A stretch of DNA of 64,000 nt from positions 1-64,000 of the IMG/VR virus record IMGVR_UViG_3300031669_000002. One strand, written 5' to 3'. Within the stretch, counting starts at the first letter, position 1, and each line of letters opens with the position of its first letter. Positions 55,365-64,000 of the stretch are shown piece by piece. Made by a program: the position numbers and the translations under genes. A model generated the notes under the pieces. It saw nothing but the letters and a program-made list of their open reading frames with translations, made no database searches and was not told where the DNA came from. This DNA is from a virus.

Positions 55365-56213
55365 ATGTTTAAACAAAACAAATATACGAAATGGTATTAC
55401 CAAATAATTGAATCTTCAAGAATTTCCACAGTAACCGGATATACAGAAAATCATCATATTATACCTCAGTCTATTGGGGGGGAAGATACAGATGTTAATC
55501 TAGTAACATTAAGTGCTAGGCAACACTTCATCTGTCATTGGCTTCTTACAAAAATGACTGATGGTAGAGATTATTATTCAATGATAAATGCATTAGATTG
55601 TATGAGAAGAGAAAATCTATATCAAAAAAGGTATAAGAATAAAATTACAAGTAGAGTATTTGCTCGAATTCGAGAAGAATGCAGAAATCATCATTCTAAT
55701 AAATTTTCAGGGACAGGCAACCCGTCGTCAAAATTATCAAAAGAACAAGTAATTGAAATATATTATTCTTGTGAGCCTACTGGAATTTTAGTTAATAGAT
55801 ATAAAATAAGTGCAGGTCAGATTCATAGTGTGAAAAGAAAAAGATCTTATAAAAAAATAACAGCGAATATATCTGAACCGCCTGGTTCAGGTGGCGGTAA
55901 ATATATTAGAATTCCCTTATCAGATGAAACTATTAGAAAAATATATCTTGAGTCGGGAAACTTTAAGTATTTCAATGACAATTATAAAGTTACTCGCTTA
56001 GTAATTGAAAATATTAAAGCTAAAAAAACATATAAAGAGATTACTAATAACTTAGGAGATCCTGGACAATTTATAAAACATAAGTTTTCAATAGAAGAAG
56101 TAGAAGACATATACAACAGTAAATTATCTTCTCCTAAACTAGCTAAAAAGTACGGTGTTAACTCAGAGACAATTCGTCGTCTTAGAAAAAATAAGACTCA
56201 GATTTATCTCTAA
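55365..56213 (+). CDS. HNH homing endonuclease with HTH repeats (opposite orientation to neighbours)
   Basis: YTENHHIIPQS.GG.D...NLV.L..RQHFICH.LL; own TATAAATA promoter at about 55352. Confidence 0.88.
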   Translation: MFKQNKYTKWYYQIIESSRISTVTGYTENHHIIPQSIGGEDTDVNLVTLSARQHFICHWLLTKMTDGRDYYSMINALDCMRRENLYQKRYKNKITSRVFARIREECRNHHSNKFSGTGNPSSKLSKEQVIEIYYSCEPTGILVNRYKISAGQIHSVKRKRSYKKITANISEPPGSGGGKYIRIPLSDETIRKIYLESGNFKYFNDNYKVTRLVIENIKAKKTYKEITNNLGDPGQFIKHKFSIEEVEDIYNSKLSSPKLAKKYGVNSETIRRLRKNKTQIYL

Positions 56214-56219
56214 AAGATG

Positions 56220-57263
56220 TTATCCAAGGTCCGACATCATATTATACATTTCATCGAACATTGTCTGTACTTCTGACAATTTCTGACGAATCTCGCGGTT
56301 CATTGATTGAACGCGTCTTGGCGGATTATAGTTATTATCTGTTTCTTTCATCCAACCTAACCATTCTTGCGATGATAACACTTTTAATGCTGTTGTAAGT
56401 GCTTCATAAACTTTTGAAGAATCATCTTCAAAATCTACAGAAGATTCATACGACACTGATTCTTTTACTGATTCTTTCCATCCAGATTTTGCTCGTTTAG
56501 CAAAGTTAAGTTCTTTTTCTTTAGTATATGCTTCAGACCCTTTCTTATGTGGTCCACTCTTCTTGAGATTGCTTAGTTCAGAATTGACTTTTGCCTTACT
56601 TTTTGGCATTGTTCCCTTCTTTGCTGGGTTTAGTTTTGCTGATGGTTCCCACTTTTCGTCAAGGTCTTTTGATTCATTGCCTTTCTGCCAACCACCTTTA
56701 GCACGGATAGCAAAGTTCAGTTCGTGTTCTTTAGTATTTTCGGCGCTTCCCTTTTTATGAGGCCCTGATTTTACGAGATTCTTCTCTTGCTTCTCTAGTT
56801 CTGCCTTTGATTTACCTTTGAACATACCTTTTTTGGCAGGATTTAGGGTGACGTCTTTATCCCATTTCTCGTCAAGTTCTTTTGATTCATTGTGGCGCTT
56901 CCCAGCAGCGGCCATTTTTTGGAATTTTTCTTTTCCATATTTCTTACGGCCAATGCTTGCTGCTACAGCACCCGGATCACGAACTTTTGGATTTTTTGCT
57001 ACTGATTTTTCAACTGCGGCAAAGCCTTCGTGTGCTTCGCCCATCATCTTCTTGTAATAATTTGACGATTCGTTGCAATCTTCTTTATCGTCTTTGTTTT
57101 TTTCTTTCTTATAGTCAGACACATCTTTCTTTTGGTCTTTAGCAAGTTTTTTGATATCTTTATCAACTGCCTTGTCACCTTCAGATTCTTCTGCTTCTTT
57201 TACGATATCCGAATATTTACGGAAAAAATCTGCTGCGGATGGGTTAGTATTCTTAAATTCCAT
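56220..57263 (-). CDS. Highly charged internal head protein with two ~68-aa repeats
   Basis: LDEKW..LNPAKKG..SGPHKKGS..ELNFA.RAK.GW occurs twice; many E|S sites. Confidence 0.65.
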   Translation of the reverse strand: MEFKNTNPSAADFFRKYSDIVKEAEESEGDKAVDKDIKKLAKDQKKDVSDYKKEKNKDDKEDCNESSNYYKKMMGEAHEGFAAVEKSVAKNPKVRDPGAVAASIGRKKYGKEKFQKMAAAGKRHNESKELDEKWDKDVTLNPAKKGMFKGKSKAELEKQEKNLVKSGPHKKGSAENTKEHELNFAIRAKGGWQKGNESKDLDEKWEPSAKLNPAKKGTMPKSKAKVNSELSNLKKSGPHKKGSEAYTKEKELNFAKRAKSGWKESVKESVSYESSVDFEDDSSKVYEALTTALKVLSSQEWLGWMKETDNNYNPPRRVQSMNREIRQKLSEVQTMFDEMYNMMSDLG

Positions 57264-57293
57264 GATGGTAACTCCTATAACTAGATATAGTAT

Positions 57294-57548
57294 TTATACT
57301 TTTATAAAAGAATTATGCTTTACATTAGGTAATCCCGACAGTGCTAATGTAAGAAATACCTCAGACTCTTCGTCGTAGGTCATTAGAATGGCTGTATTGG
57401 CTGAAACGTTTCTTGCTGAGCCGATTCCTCCGACTTGGATTCCTCGCTCGTCCACTATTTTAGTATCGCGATATTTTGCAAAAAGTTCTTCTGAGGTGGT
57501 GTTGCCCAGTGGGTATTCGAATCGTCCGTAAATCGTTTGTTTAGTCAT
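57294..57548 (-). CDS. Hypothetical protein
   Basis: ATGA overlap with the HNH gene. Confidence 0.5.
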   Translation of the reverse strand: MTKQTIYGRFEYPLGNTTSEELFAKYRDTKIVDERGIQVGGIGSARNVSANTAILMTYDEESEVFLTLALSGLPNVKHNSFIKV

Positions 57549-58339
57549 TCTACTTTTCCCTTTTTCTTGTATTTTCTTGGCCCTTTATACACTGGACTTT
57601 TAGGGCAGTTATCTCCGTGGTTTCTTGAGTACGATAGTTTTTTTGCTACTTTGCCGCAATGAAGACAACTCATTTCAACCTGCGAATGATGATTTCCTTC
57701 TGCTGCTAATTTCTTTAATGACATTGATAAATGTCTGCTGAATTCTTCTGATTTTGGTTTATCTTTTGTCGACGCTGATCTCTTATTTTTTTCTTCTTGT
57801 GACATTGGACCTCTGATGATACCAGTCAATGCTTGTGCGATCTTATCTTTAGTTTCCTGTGTTCTCTTTTGTCCAGTATTTTTTTCTACTCTATTGTCTA
57901 TTTGTTCTTTAGATTGAACTCTACCTTTATTTTTCTTTCCGCCTTTATATTTTTCGCCTTCTAACTTCAACCCTTTATTCCAAGCAGTTCTTCCTGTCAT
58001 AAATTCTGAGTGTTGCTCTGCTACTATTTTTCTAAGGCGAGAATATACCCGACTTGTTATTTTAGTTTCATATCGTTCTTGATACTTGTTCTTGCGTTTC
58101 ATTCCATTTAACGCATAGATCATATTTGCTTTATCTTTACCAGTTGTCATTTTGGTAAGCAACCAGTGACAGATGAAGTGTTCTCGTGCAGTAAGAGTAA
58201 CTAAGTTTTCTTTAGTAGTTGGTCCTCCCATTGATTCTGGAATAATATGGTGGTTTTCGGTGTATGTATCTATCTCACGATTTTGGGCGCGTGATGTTAT
58301 TTGATGATAGTATTTTGTGTATTTAGATTTATTAAACAT
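57545..58339 (-). CDS. HNH homing endonuclease with NUMOD3-like repeats
   Basis: YTENHHIIPES.GG...NLV.LTAREHFICH; C-terminal CLHC..H..NC. Confidence 0.88.
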   Translation of the reverse strand: MFNKSKYTKYYHQITSRAQNREIDTYTENHHIIPESMGGPTTKENLVTLTAREHFICHWLLTKMTTGKDKANMIYALNGMKRKNKYQERYETKITSRVYSRLRKIVAEQHSEFMTGRTAWNKGLKLEGEKYKGGKKNKGRVQSKEQIDNRVEKNTGQKRTQETKDKIAQALTGIIRGPMSQEEKNKRSASTKDKPKSEEFSRHLSMSLKKLAAEGNHHSQVEMSCLHCGKVAKKLSYSRNHGDNCPKSPVYKGPRKYKKKGKVE

Positions 58340-58416
58340 TTGTATATTCCTTATATACTTATTTATATAGAACTTCACGTTCTAATAAATAATATTCACC
58401 GACCTATCAGACAATG

Positions 58417-58440
58417 AAAAGCCCGATTGCTCGGGCTTTT
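58417..58440 (-). terminator. Intrinsic terminator after the capsid gene (bidirectional shape)
   Basis: On the - strand: AAAAGCCCGA-GCAA-TCGGGCTTTT. Confidence 0.85.
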
Positions 58441-58483
58441 CTGTTTTGTTGCTGTGTTACGATTACAAAAATCTCGTTTAATC

Positions 58484-59662
58484 CTACTGAAACGAAAGAT
58501 TTTTTATGGCTATTTCCCCGAGGTAATCTCCTGCATTCCCAAGCGAACTGGCAGTATTAGTCAGTTCGACATAACCGTATCGTGTTAGGAAGCCAACTAC
58601 TGGTTCGAATGTTGCTGGATCAAGAATAACACCGCTGCTCATCAATGGGATGTATGGGCAGTAGAATGCTGGTGCATCTGCTTCGCTTGTACCTTTGTAT
58701 CCAACTAACACTGGAGTTGCGTCCGATGCATAGCTGTTTACGTAGATCTTCATAGCACTGTTCAATGTACCAACGAACTTTGTGTTTGTTGGAGCTTCGA
58801 ATGTACCTTCAGTTGTACGAGCAAAAGCTGAAGTTGTAGCAGATTGTAGAACTGTTAATGCAGCTGGGGAAACAACAGCCCAGTTACCAGCGCCACGACG
58901 TGTACGTTGTGCAATCTTGTTAGCAACGCGATTGATAAGAACAGCAAGTGCAGCGTGTTCATCACCAACGAATGTTGCAGTACCGCTTACTGCTGATTGA
59001 TCATATGTTTCTTCAGTTGTTGCAAGTGCTGCCAACGAACCTAGGATTTCTTGATCGATTTCAACTGTAATTTCTTGTGCCAACGCTGCCATGATTTCTG
59101 CTTCTACATCTAAACCATGCATTGCTTGTGCATCTTGAGCTGCTTCAAAAGTCCAACGTGCGGACAATTTACGTGACTTAGCTTCAACCACTTGCTTCAA
59201 GATTTGAACGTTGATACGCTTACCTGGAACACCTTCAAGCGTTGCTGTTGAATCTGCACGGCCTGTTGAAGAGCTACCTGAATAAGCTGCTGCAATCTTG
59301 AATGGGCTTAATGCTTCATCGCCTGCTGCAACGGAAGTTCCGTATGGTGACGTGTCAGTCATGTTATCAGCATAGCGCACACGTAGAGTGTGGATCTGTG
59401 ATACAGGACCAGTCATTGGTTGAACACCAATGATTTCGTTCGCAATAACTGTCGGCATTACACGTCGAATTACTGGAAGGATAACACGGTTTAACGTAGC
59501 TACGTTACCGGCTTGAGTACCGCCAGCAGTAGCGTTTTCAGCTAAGTTCTTACGGGTATTTTCTAATACTACTGACATCGAAGTGCGGCGTGAACCTTGT
59601 AGACCTTCTAACAGGGCTTCTTTGGTTTCATTCCAACGGCCTTCTAATAGTTGTTGTGACAT
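58484..59662 (-). CDS. Major capsid protein (T4 gp23 family)
   Basis: IRRVMPTVIANEIIGVQPMTGP, KSRKLSARWTFEAAQD, FYCPYIPL, TRYG. Confidence 0.97.
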   Translation of the reverse strand: MSQQLLEGRWNETKEALLEGLQGSRRTSMSVVLENTRKNLAENATAGGTQAGNVATLNRVILPVIRRVMPTVIANEIIGVQPMTGPVSQIHTLRVRYADNMTDTSPYGTSVAAGDEALSPFKIAAAYSGSSSTGRADSTATLEGVPGKRINVQILKQVVEAKSRKLSARWTFEAAQDAQAMHGLDVEAEIMAALAQEITVEIDQEILGSLAALATTEETYDQSAVSGTATFVGDEHAALAVLINRVANKIAQRTRRGAGNWAVVSPAALTVLQSATTSAFARTTEGTFEAPTNTKFVGTLNSAMKIYVNSYASDATPVLVGYKGTSEADAPAFYCPYIPLMSSGVILDPATFEPVVGFLTRYGYVELTNTASSLGNAGDYLGEIAIKNLSFQ

Positions 59663-59688
59663 TTTTTCTATCTCCTAAGATTTTTATT

Positions 59689-60792
59689 TTACTTCAGCCC
59701 TGCTAATCGTTTAATTTCGATAACATTATCTGTATCGTATTGAACGCTTGGTTTAGCAGTTTTATCACCCGACACCTCTTTACGCGACTCACTCAACATC
59801 TTTGCTTTTGGCGCATCTGTTGATTTAGCGTTGTTCAGAACTGATGGTAGATACTTATCGTACACAGAACGCAGTTTATTGGTCTGTACACTTTCAAGAA
59901 GGTCGGACATCACCGAAGCTCTGTCTTTGCTCAATGGTTTTAGCAGTTCGGCAATTACTTGCTTACGTTCCACTGATTCTTGAATAACTTTCATTTCACG
60001 GTCTTTTGATTCAACTAACTTGGATGCCTTTGTTACTGTGGCTTTAGCTTCTTCGAGTTGACGGTTCTTAGCTTTAACCAATGAAGTTAACTTTGCAATT
60101 TCCTTATTTTCATTTAGGTGTGTTGCAGTAAATTCACTAGCAAATGCTTCAAACAGACGACGACCAAACATATTTTCACGAGCAACTTGGATATCTTCCT
60201 GTAATTGAGTCAATTCAGACTCTAAACTTTTTGTAACAGCTTCTTTAACAAGAATTGCGCTCTTTGCAACAAAAGCCTTTTGCATCTCAGCCATCTTACT
60301 TCTAGCTCCAGCAATTAAACGAACTTTTGTTTCTACTACTTCGCGCTTATCTTTTGCAAACTCATTGATTTCAGATGCTAGTTGGTTCATAACAAACTTT
60401 TCTAACTTCTTCATGCTTTCGTTGTTGATCTTACGATCTGAACGAAGTTCTTTAATCTCTTCTGCTAGTTTCTCAGTCATGAAATTTTGGAACTTGCTTC
60501 CTGATTCACGCACAAACTTTTTAAATTTGATACGATCTTCAGTTAGAGCTCGCTTCTCTTCTTGAAATTCTGCAATTTCAACTTGAAGAGATTCTGTTAC
60601 CATCTTGTCTAAAGCCACAACCATTGTATTCTTGTCATGTTCGTAACGACGAGCAAACTCTTCACGCAACTCACTACGAACTGTCTCACGAGCTTCAGCA
60701 AGCTGAGCTTCCCATGCTTCGTTAATAGCGGCTTTTGTGTCTTCGTTGATGATGCCGTTTTCGAGCAATGATGTAATGGCATTAATGGACAT
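59689..60792 (-). CDS. Prohead core scaffolding protein (gp22-like)
   Basis: Long coiled coil between the protease and capsid genes; multiple L/I-x-E sites. Confidence 0.85.
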   Translation of the reverse strand: MSINAITSLLENGIINEDTKAAINEAWEAQLAEARETVRSELREEFARRYEHDKNTMVVALDKMVTESLQVEIAEFQEEKRALTEDRIKFKKFVRESGSKFQNFMTEKLAEEIKELRSDRKINNESMKKLEKFVMNQLASEINEFAKDKREVVETKVRLIAGARSKMAEMQKAFVAKSAILVKEAVTKSLESELTQLQEDIQVARENMFGRRLFEAFASEFTATHLNENKEIAKLTSLVKAKNRQLEEAKATVTKASKLVESKDREMKVIQESVERKQVIAELLKPLSKDRASVMSDLLESVQTNKLRSVYDKYLPSVLNNAKSTDAPKAKMLSESRKEVSGDKTAKPSVQYDTDNVIEIKRLAGLK

Positions 60793-60868
60793 TATACATT
60801 TTCTCCTTAATAATTACTTCTACTACTTGCTACACATTCAGCATTGCCTTAGCAATTGCTAAAATCTC

Positions 60869-61507
60869 TTATCGAAGTTTAAGCGTTTTAATCGCTTTAA
60901 CAACTTCCTCTTTTAAATATTTTTGAACTCTTTGGTCTTCTAAGGATTCTTTTGACATATCTATAATCTTATGACCGTTACGCATGTTCATTAATGATTC
61001 GTAAATGGCTTTTGGATAAGCTGATGGTGCGCTTGGTTGAGCAACAACGTCTACAGTAATAATTTCAAAGTCGCTAACGTGTCCGTTTGCTTCATTGACA
61101 TTTCCTGATCCACGTGAGCTAACGCCCAATTTAACACCTGCTTCTAACATAGTTTTAACTAAGTTACCCATTGGTGTTGGTAACACTTTTAATGTTCCGA
61201 AACCATTTGGTCCATCCATCCACATATCAGTAATCATATGGCTAACACGATCTAAGTTAATTTTTAAATCATCTGGGTGATCTACTTCACCAAGAACTGA
61301 ATAACCACCCTTAACTTGTTCCATGATGGTTCCAACAGCTTTAGTAATTTCATTTACGGGGTAAACGCGCTGGTTTGCATTTTTTACCCCGCCCTGAATG
61401 AAAATACCCTTCATCTTTAGAGTCTTGCCACCCTTAGCATCATCCTCGTTGATGATTTCCATACGAGCATGATCAAAAGTTAAGTTCTCTTTAAGATATA
61501 ATGACAT
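60869..61507 (-). CDS. Prohead core protease (gp21-like)
   Basis: GIFIQG..KNANQRVYP, LGEVDHP, GVSSRG.G, ITVDVVAQPSAP.A. Confidence 0.95.
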   Translation of the reverse strand: MSLYLKENLTFDHARMEIINEDDAKGGKTLKMKGIFIQGGVKNANQRVYPVNEITKAVGTIMEQVKGGYSVLGEVDHPDDLKINLDRVSHMITDMWMDGPNGFGTLKVLPTPMGNLVKTMLEAGVKLGVSSRGSGNVNEANGHVSDFEIITVDVVAQPSAPSAYPKAIYESLMNMRNGHKIIDMSKESLEDQRVQKYLKEEVVKAIKTLKLR

Positions 61508-61513
61508 TACCTA

Positions 61514-62665
61514 TTACCCTTTAAACCCTGGCTTACCTTTTGTTACTTGACCAATGCTTTTGTCATTGATGGTTGTACCGTCTGTGTTTTTAGCACCTGC
61601 TGGTGAACCTTCTTTTGACGATGGTTTGGAAACTTTTGACAACTTGTCGCCGCGGCCGCCTGCTGTATTAGCGTATGAATCACGACCCATTTTTGTTTCG
61701 CCCTTAGAAGCATAGTTGCTTGGCTTTTTGTATGCCGATGTTCCGTCTGGAGCTGTTTCTGAACCACCACGAGCGATGTTAGCTGATGTTCCGCCCATAT
61801 CGTTCTTGCCAGAAATTTGTGTGCTCTTCTTGTTAACAGTTGGCTTACCACCTGATTCTGCACCTGTTCCAACGAAGTCACCTTCTGCTGGCTTAACTGG
61901 AGCAACTTTTTCAACGTATTCACGCATCAAGTCTGCTGGTGATTTACGTGATTCTTTCATTGCCTTTTCTTTCTTTGCTTTAGCTTCTTTTGCTTTAGCT
62001 TCTTTTTCTTTCTTTGCTTTAGCTTCTTTCTTTGCCTTAGCTTCATCTTTAGCTTCATAAACTGATGCTGACTCACCAACTGCTTCTTCGTCGTCGCCGA
62101 AATCTTCTTCACCTTCGTCGTCGCCGAAATCTTCTTCGCCTTCGTCAGAATCTAATTCATCTTCGTCGTCGCCGTGAATGCCTGGGAATTCTTCTTCTTC
62201 GTGCTCTTCACCTGCCATTAACTGGTCGAATTCTGCTTTAAGTTCGTCGATTGCATCTTCAAGATCCATAACGCGGTCTTCAATTTCGCCTTCTCCGCCT
62301 AGTTCGTCTTCGTCGCCGAAATCTTCTTCACCGCCTAATTCTGCATCGTCGTCGCTAAACTCATCATCTTGACCACCTTCTTCGTCGCCAAATTCATCAT
62401 CTGCGCCAAAGTCTTCTCCGTCATCTTCTTCGCCTTCGTGCATACCGTGCTCGTCGCCGTCGATAACGTCATCGTGATCTTCGATTTCGTTGCTTAGTGA
62501 TTCACCACCGCGTCCGCGCTGAACTGGGAACTGGTCTTCATCAACAAGACTTTCATAAATGTCACGGGATTTTTCTACAATGATTTTGTGGAATAGTGCT
62601 TTAGCTTTGGCTTCATCTGCATTAATAATGAATTCAACCAATTGCTCGAATTTATTAGCTCTCAT
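61514..62665 (-). CDS. Acidic prohead core/internal protein
   Basis: Long D/E/G tract, K/A/E repeat, IEDRVMDLEDAIDELKAEF; located upstream of the protease. Confidence 0.7.
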   Translation of the reverse strand: MRANKFEQLVEFIINADEAKAKALFHKIIVEKSRDIYESLVDEDQFPVQRGRGGESLSNEIEDHDDVIDGDEHGMHEGEEDDGEDFGADDEFGDEEGGQDDEFSDDDAELGGEEDFGDEDELGGEGEIEDRVMDLEDAIDELKAEFDQLMAGEEHEEEEFPGIHGDDEDELDSDEGEEDFGDDEGEEDFGDDEEAVGESASVYEAKDEAKAKKEAKAKKEKEAKAKEAKAKKEKAMKESRKSPADLMREYVEKVAPVKPAEGDFVGTGAESGGKPTVNKKSTQISGKNDMGGTSANIARGGSETAPDGTSAYKKPSNYASKGETKMGRDSYANTAGGRGDKLSKVSKPSSKEGSPAGAKNTDGTTINDKSIGQVTKGKPGFKG

Positions 62666-62700
62666 GTTTTTAAAACTCCTTTAAATTGGGTACTTCTCGC

Positions 62701-62747
62701 CGTGACTAAAGATAGTCACGTTTGTATATAACTATTTACTTAGTTAT
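62701..62747 (-). promoter_or_regulatory. Late promoter with flanking hairpins
   Basis: TAAATA on the - strand inside an ATAACTA/TAGTTAT stem; second hairpin CGTGACTA-AAGA-TAGTCACG. Confidence 0.5.
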
Positions 62748-62794
62748 TATTAAAATGTATGATTTGGAGTGTTTTTGAGTCTATTTGATTAAAA

Positions 62795-63046
62795 TTACAT
62801 GAATCCGCCACCAGCATCTTGGGCTGCTGGCTTATATTGCACAGAAACTTTTTTAAGTTTTTGTTCATGTTCAATTTTTCTTGTGTCGTTAAGAATTCTT
62901 AACTTATTGAGTTGACCGAGAGTAAGACGAGTTTTTCTTAGATCTGATAATTTTAGAATTGATTGATCATCTTCCTCGCTAGAGTATCCTTGAGGAAGTG
63001 ACTCAATTGTGTCGCCCATTTCTGTAAGTAGCTCTGTTACGAACAT
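62795..63046 (-). CDS. Small head-module protein
   Basis: MFVTELLTE|M N-terminus; RKTRLTL.QLNKLR motif. Confidence 0.7.
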   Translation of the reverse strand: MFVTELLTEMGDTIESLPQGYSSEEDDQSILKLSDLRKTRLTLGQLNKLRILNDTRKIEHEQKLKKVSVQYKPAAQDAGGGFM

Positions 63047-63762
63047 GTTTGTTCCTTAAATTTACAATTATCAAAGTGAAAACGTTGCATATTTCCCTGT
63101 GTTCCAACTTTATCACAGTGCGGACATGTACATATTTTTCTAGGAGAAAGTGTTTTACCTTTATTTGCCCCGCCGTTACCGCCAGTTCCATTTATCTTCT
63201 TAGCAAGTTTCATATTAAACTTATGTTCTTCTGTGAAAGGAGGGCGAGTTGATCCTTTGAGCTTACCTTTATTAGCCAAACCTATATTCTTTGCTCTTTC
63301 TTCGCTACAAGGACCAAACATTGGATTTTTTTCACCAGGATGACCATACTTATGTGCTCTTTCATCTACTGACATTAATTGGCACGTTTTCTTAATAGAT
63401 AATAATCTTTTTTCTTTATGTTTATCTGTCTGCGCAATACCTTTAACTGCCCCATCTAATCCGTTTTCTGGTCTCTCATTGGCCCATATCTTCTTACCAC
63501 TTTCGTTTAGTGATTTGACCACATTCCATTGGTCCGAGCACATAAGAAAAAATTTCTCTAATTCTTCTTTTTCTGTAAACAAACAATACCATAGGGTAAT
63601 GATATGTTCTTTACCGTGTTTCTTTAGGTGATCTTTCCAATAATCTCCAGAACCAGTATATTTTAACATATCAGCATGTAATTGTTGTGTTCGGCAAAGA
63701 TAAATTAATCCAGTAACCGAGTGCTGTTTAATACAAAGATACGTGTTTTTAAATTCTCGCAT
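63037..63762 (-). CDS. GIY-YIG-like homing endonuclease
   Basis: YLCIKQHSVTGLIYL..Y.GSG.YW..HLKKHG (paralog of the 8697 gene); C-terminal CPHC..MQRFHFDNC. Confidence 0.8.
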   Translation of the reverse strand: MREFKNTYLCIKQHSVTGLIYLCRTQQLHADMLKYTGSGDYWKDHLKKHGKEHIITLWYCLFTEKEELEKFFLMCSDQWNVVKSLNESGKKIWANERPENGLDGAVKGIAQTDKHKEKRLLSIKKTCQLMSVDERAHKYGHPGEKNPMFGPCSEERAKNIGLANKGKLKGSTRPPFTEEHKFNMKLAKKINGTGGNGGANKGKTLSPRKICTCPHCDKVGTQGNMQRFHFDNCKFKEQTCS

Positions 63763-63789
63763 AATGGTATTTATACTCGCTTACCGAAT

Positions 63790-63999
63790 TTAGACCACGC
63801 CAGGCGGTGCTTGGCGATAAACCGCACAATTAGAAAAATGCCAGCGTTTCATTTGACTTGCTCCGCCTACTTTATTACAATGCGGACAGGTTATTTTTGG
63901 CTGTTTTTTAAATATCTTTCCTTTATTCATTTCGCCGTATGTGTTTCCAATCATCTTTTTTGCTTGGTCTAAGTTTTTTATTCCTTTGTTTGTAGGAGT
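63790..63999 (-). CDS. C-terminal fragment of another homing endonuclease (continues beyond the window)
   Basis: Manual translation: ..NKGK..ITCPHCNKVGGASQMKRWHFSNC..*. Confidence 0.75.
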   Translation of the reverse strand, partial: TPTNKGIKNLDQAKKMIGNTYGEMNKGKIFKKQPKITCPHCNKVGGASQMKRWHFSNCAVYRQAPPGVV

Positions 64000-64000
64000 A

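Noticed and set aside
62080-62340. Repeated TCGTCGTCGCCGAAATCTTCTTC units
   Set aside because: They encode EEDFGDDE in an acidic protein and have irregular spacing; this is not a CRISPR array.
63721-63972. 83-aa plus-strand ORF at the window end
   Set aside because: It is antisense to two homing-endonuclease reading frames.
1-64000. Stop-codon reassignment
   Set aside because: Conserved genes are full length under the standard code.

Overview
This 64-kb window is from a large lytic myophage with T4-type head genes. The host is probably a Proteobacterium, inferred from IHF boxes, sigma70 promoters and an outer-membrane beta-barrel gene. The + strand (1-48.6 kb) carries family-B DNA polymerase, a putative sliding clamp, an RNase H/5'-3' exonuclease and ThyX. 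It also has a 7-deazaguanine DNA-modification set (TGT/DpdA-like, FolE, QueD, QueE, QueC-like), into which a myo-inositol-1-phosphate synthase and a HAD phosphatase are translationally coupled. An Acb1-like anti-CBASS phosphodiesterase sits inside that cluster. An early/accessory region follows: a TROVE/Ro-like vWA protein preceded by three covarying structured RNA elements, PspA plus a TPR membrane protein, RNA ligase, DnaJ, a MoxR AAA+ ATPase with two vWA-metallopeptidase paralogs, and a secreted nuclease. The - strand (48.7-64 kb) carries tail fibre/adaptor genes, major capsid, scaffold, prohead protease and core proteins. There are eight free-standing homing endonuclease genes, one frameshifted and one truncated by the window edge. 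The two best candidates for undescribed systems are (1) an inositol-coupled deazaguanine hypermodification pathway and (2) a Ro/TROVE-like protein with a set of Y-RNA-like ncRNAs plus RNA-repair enzymes. All family assignments come from motif recognition by eye; no database search was run.
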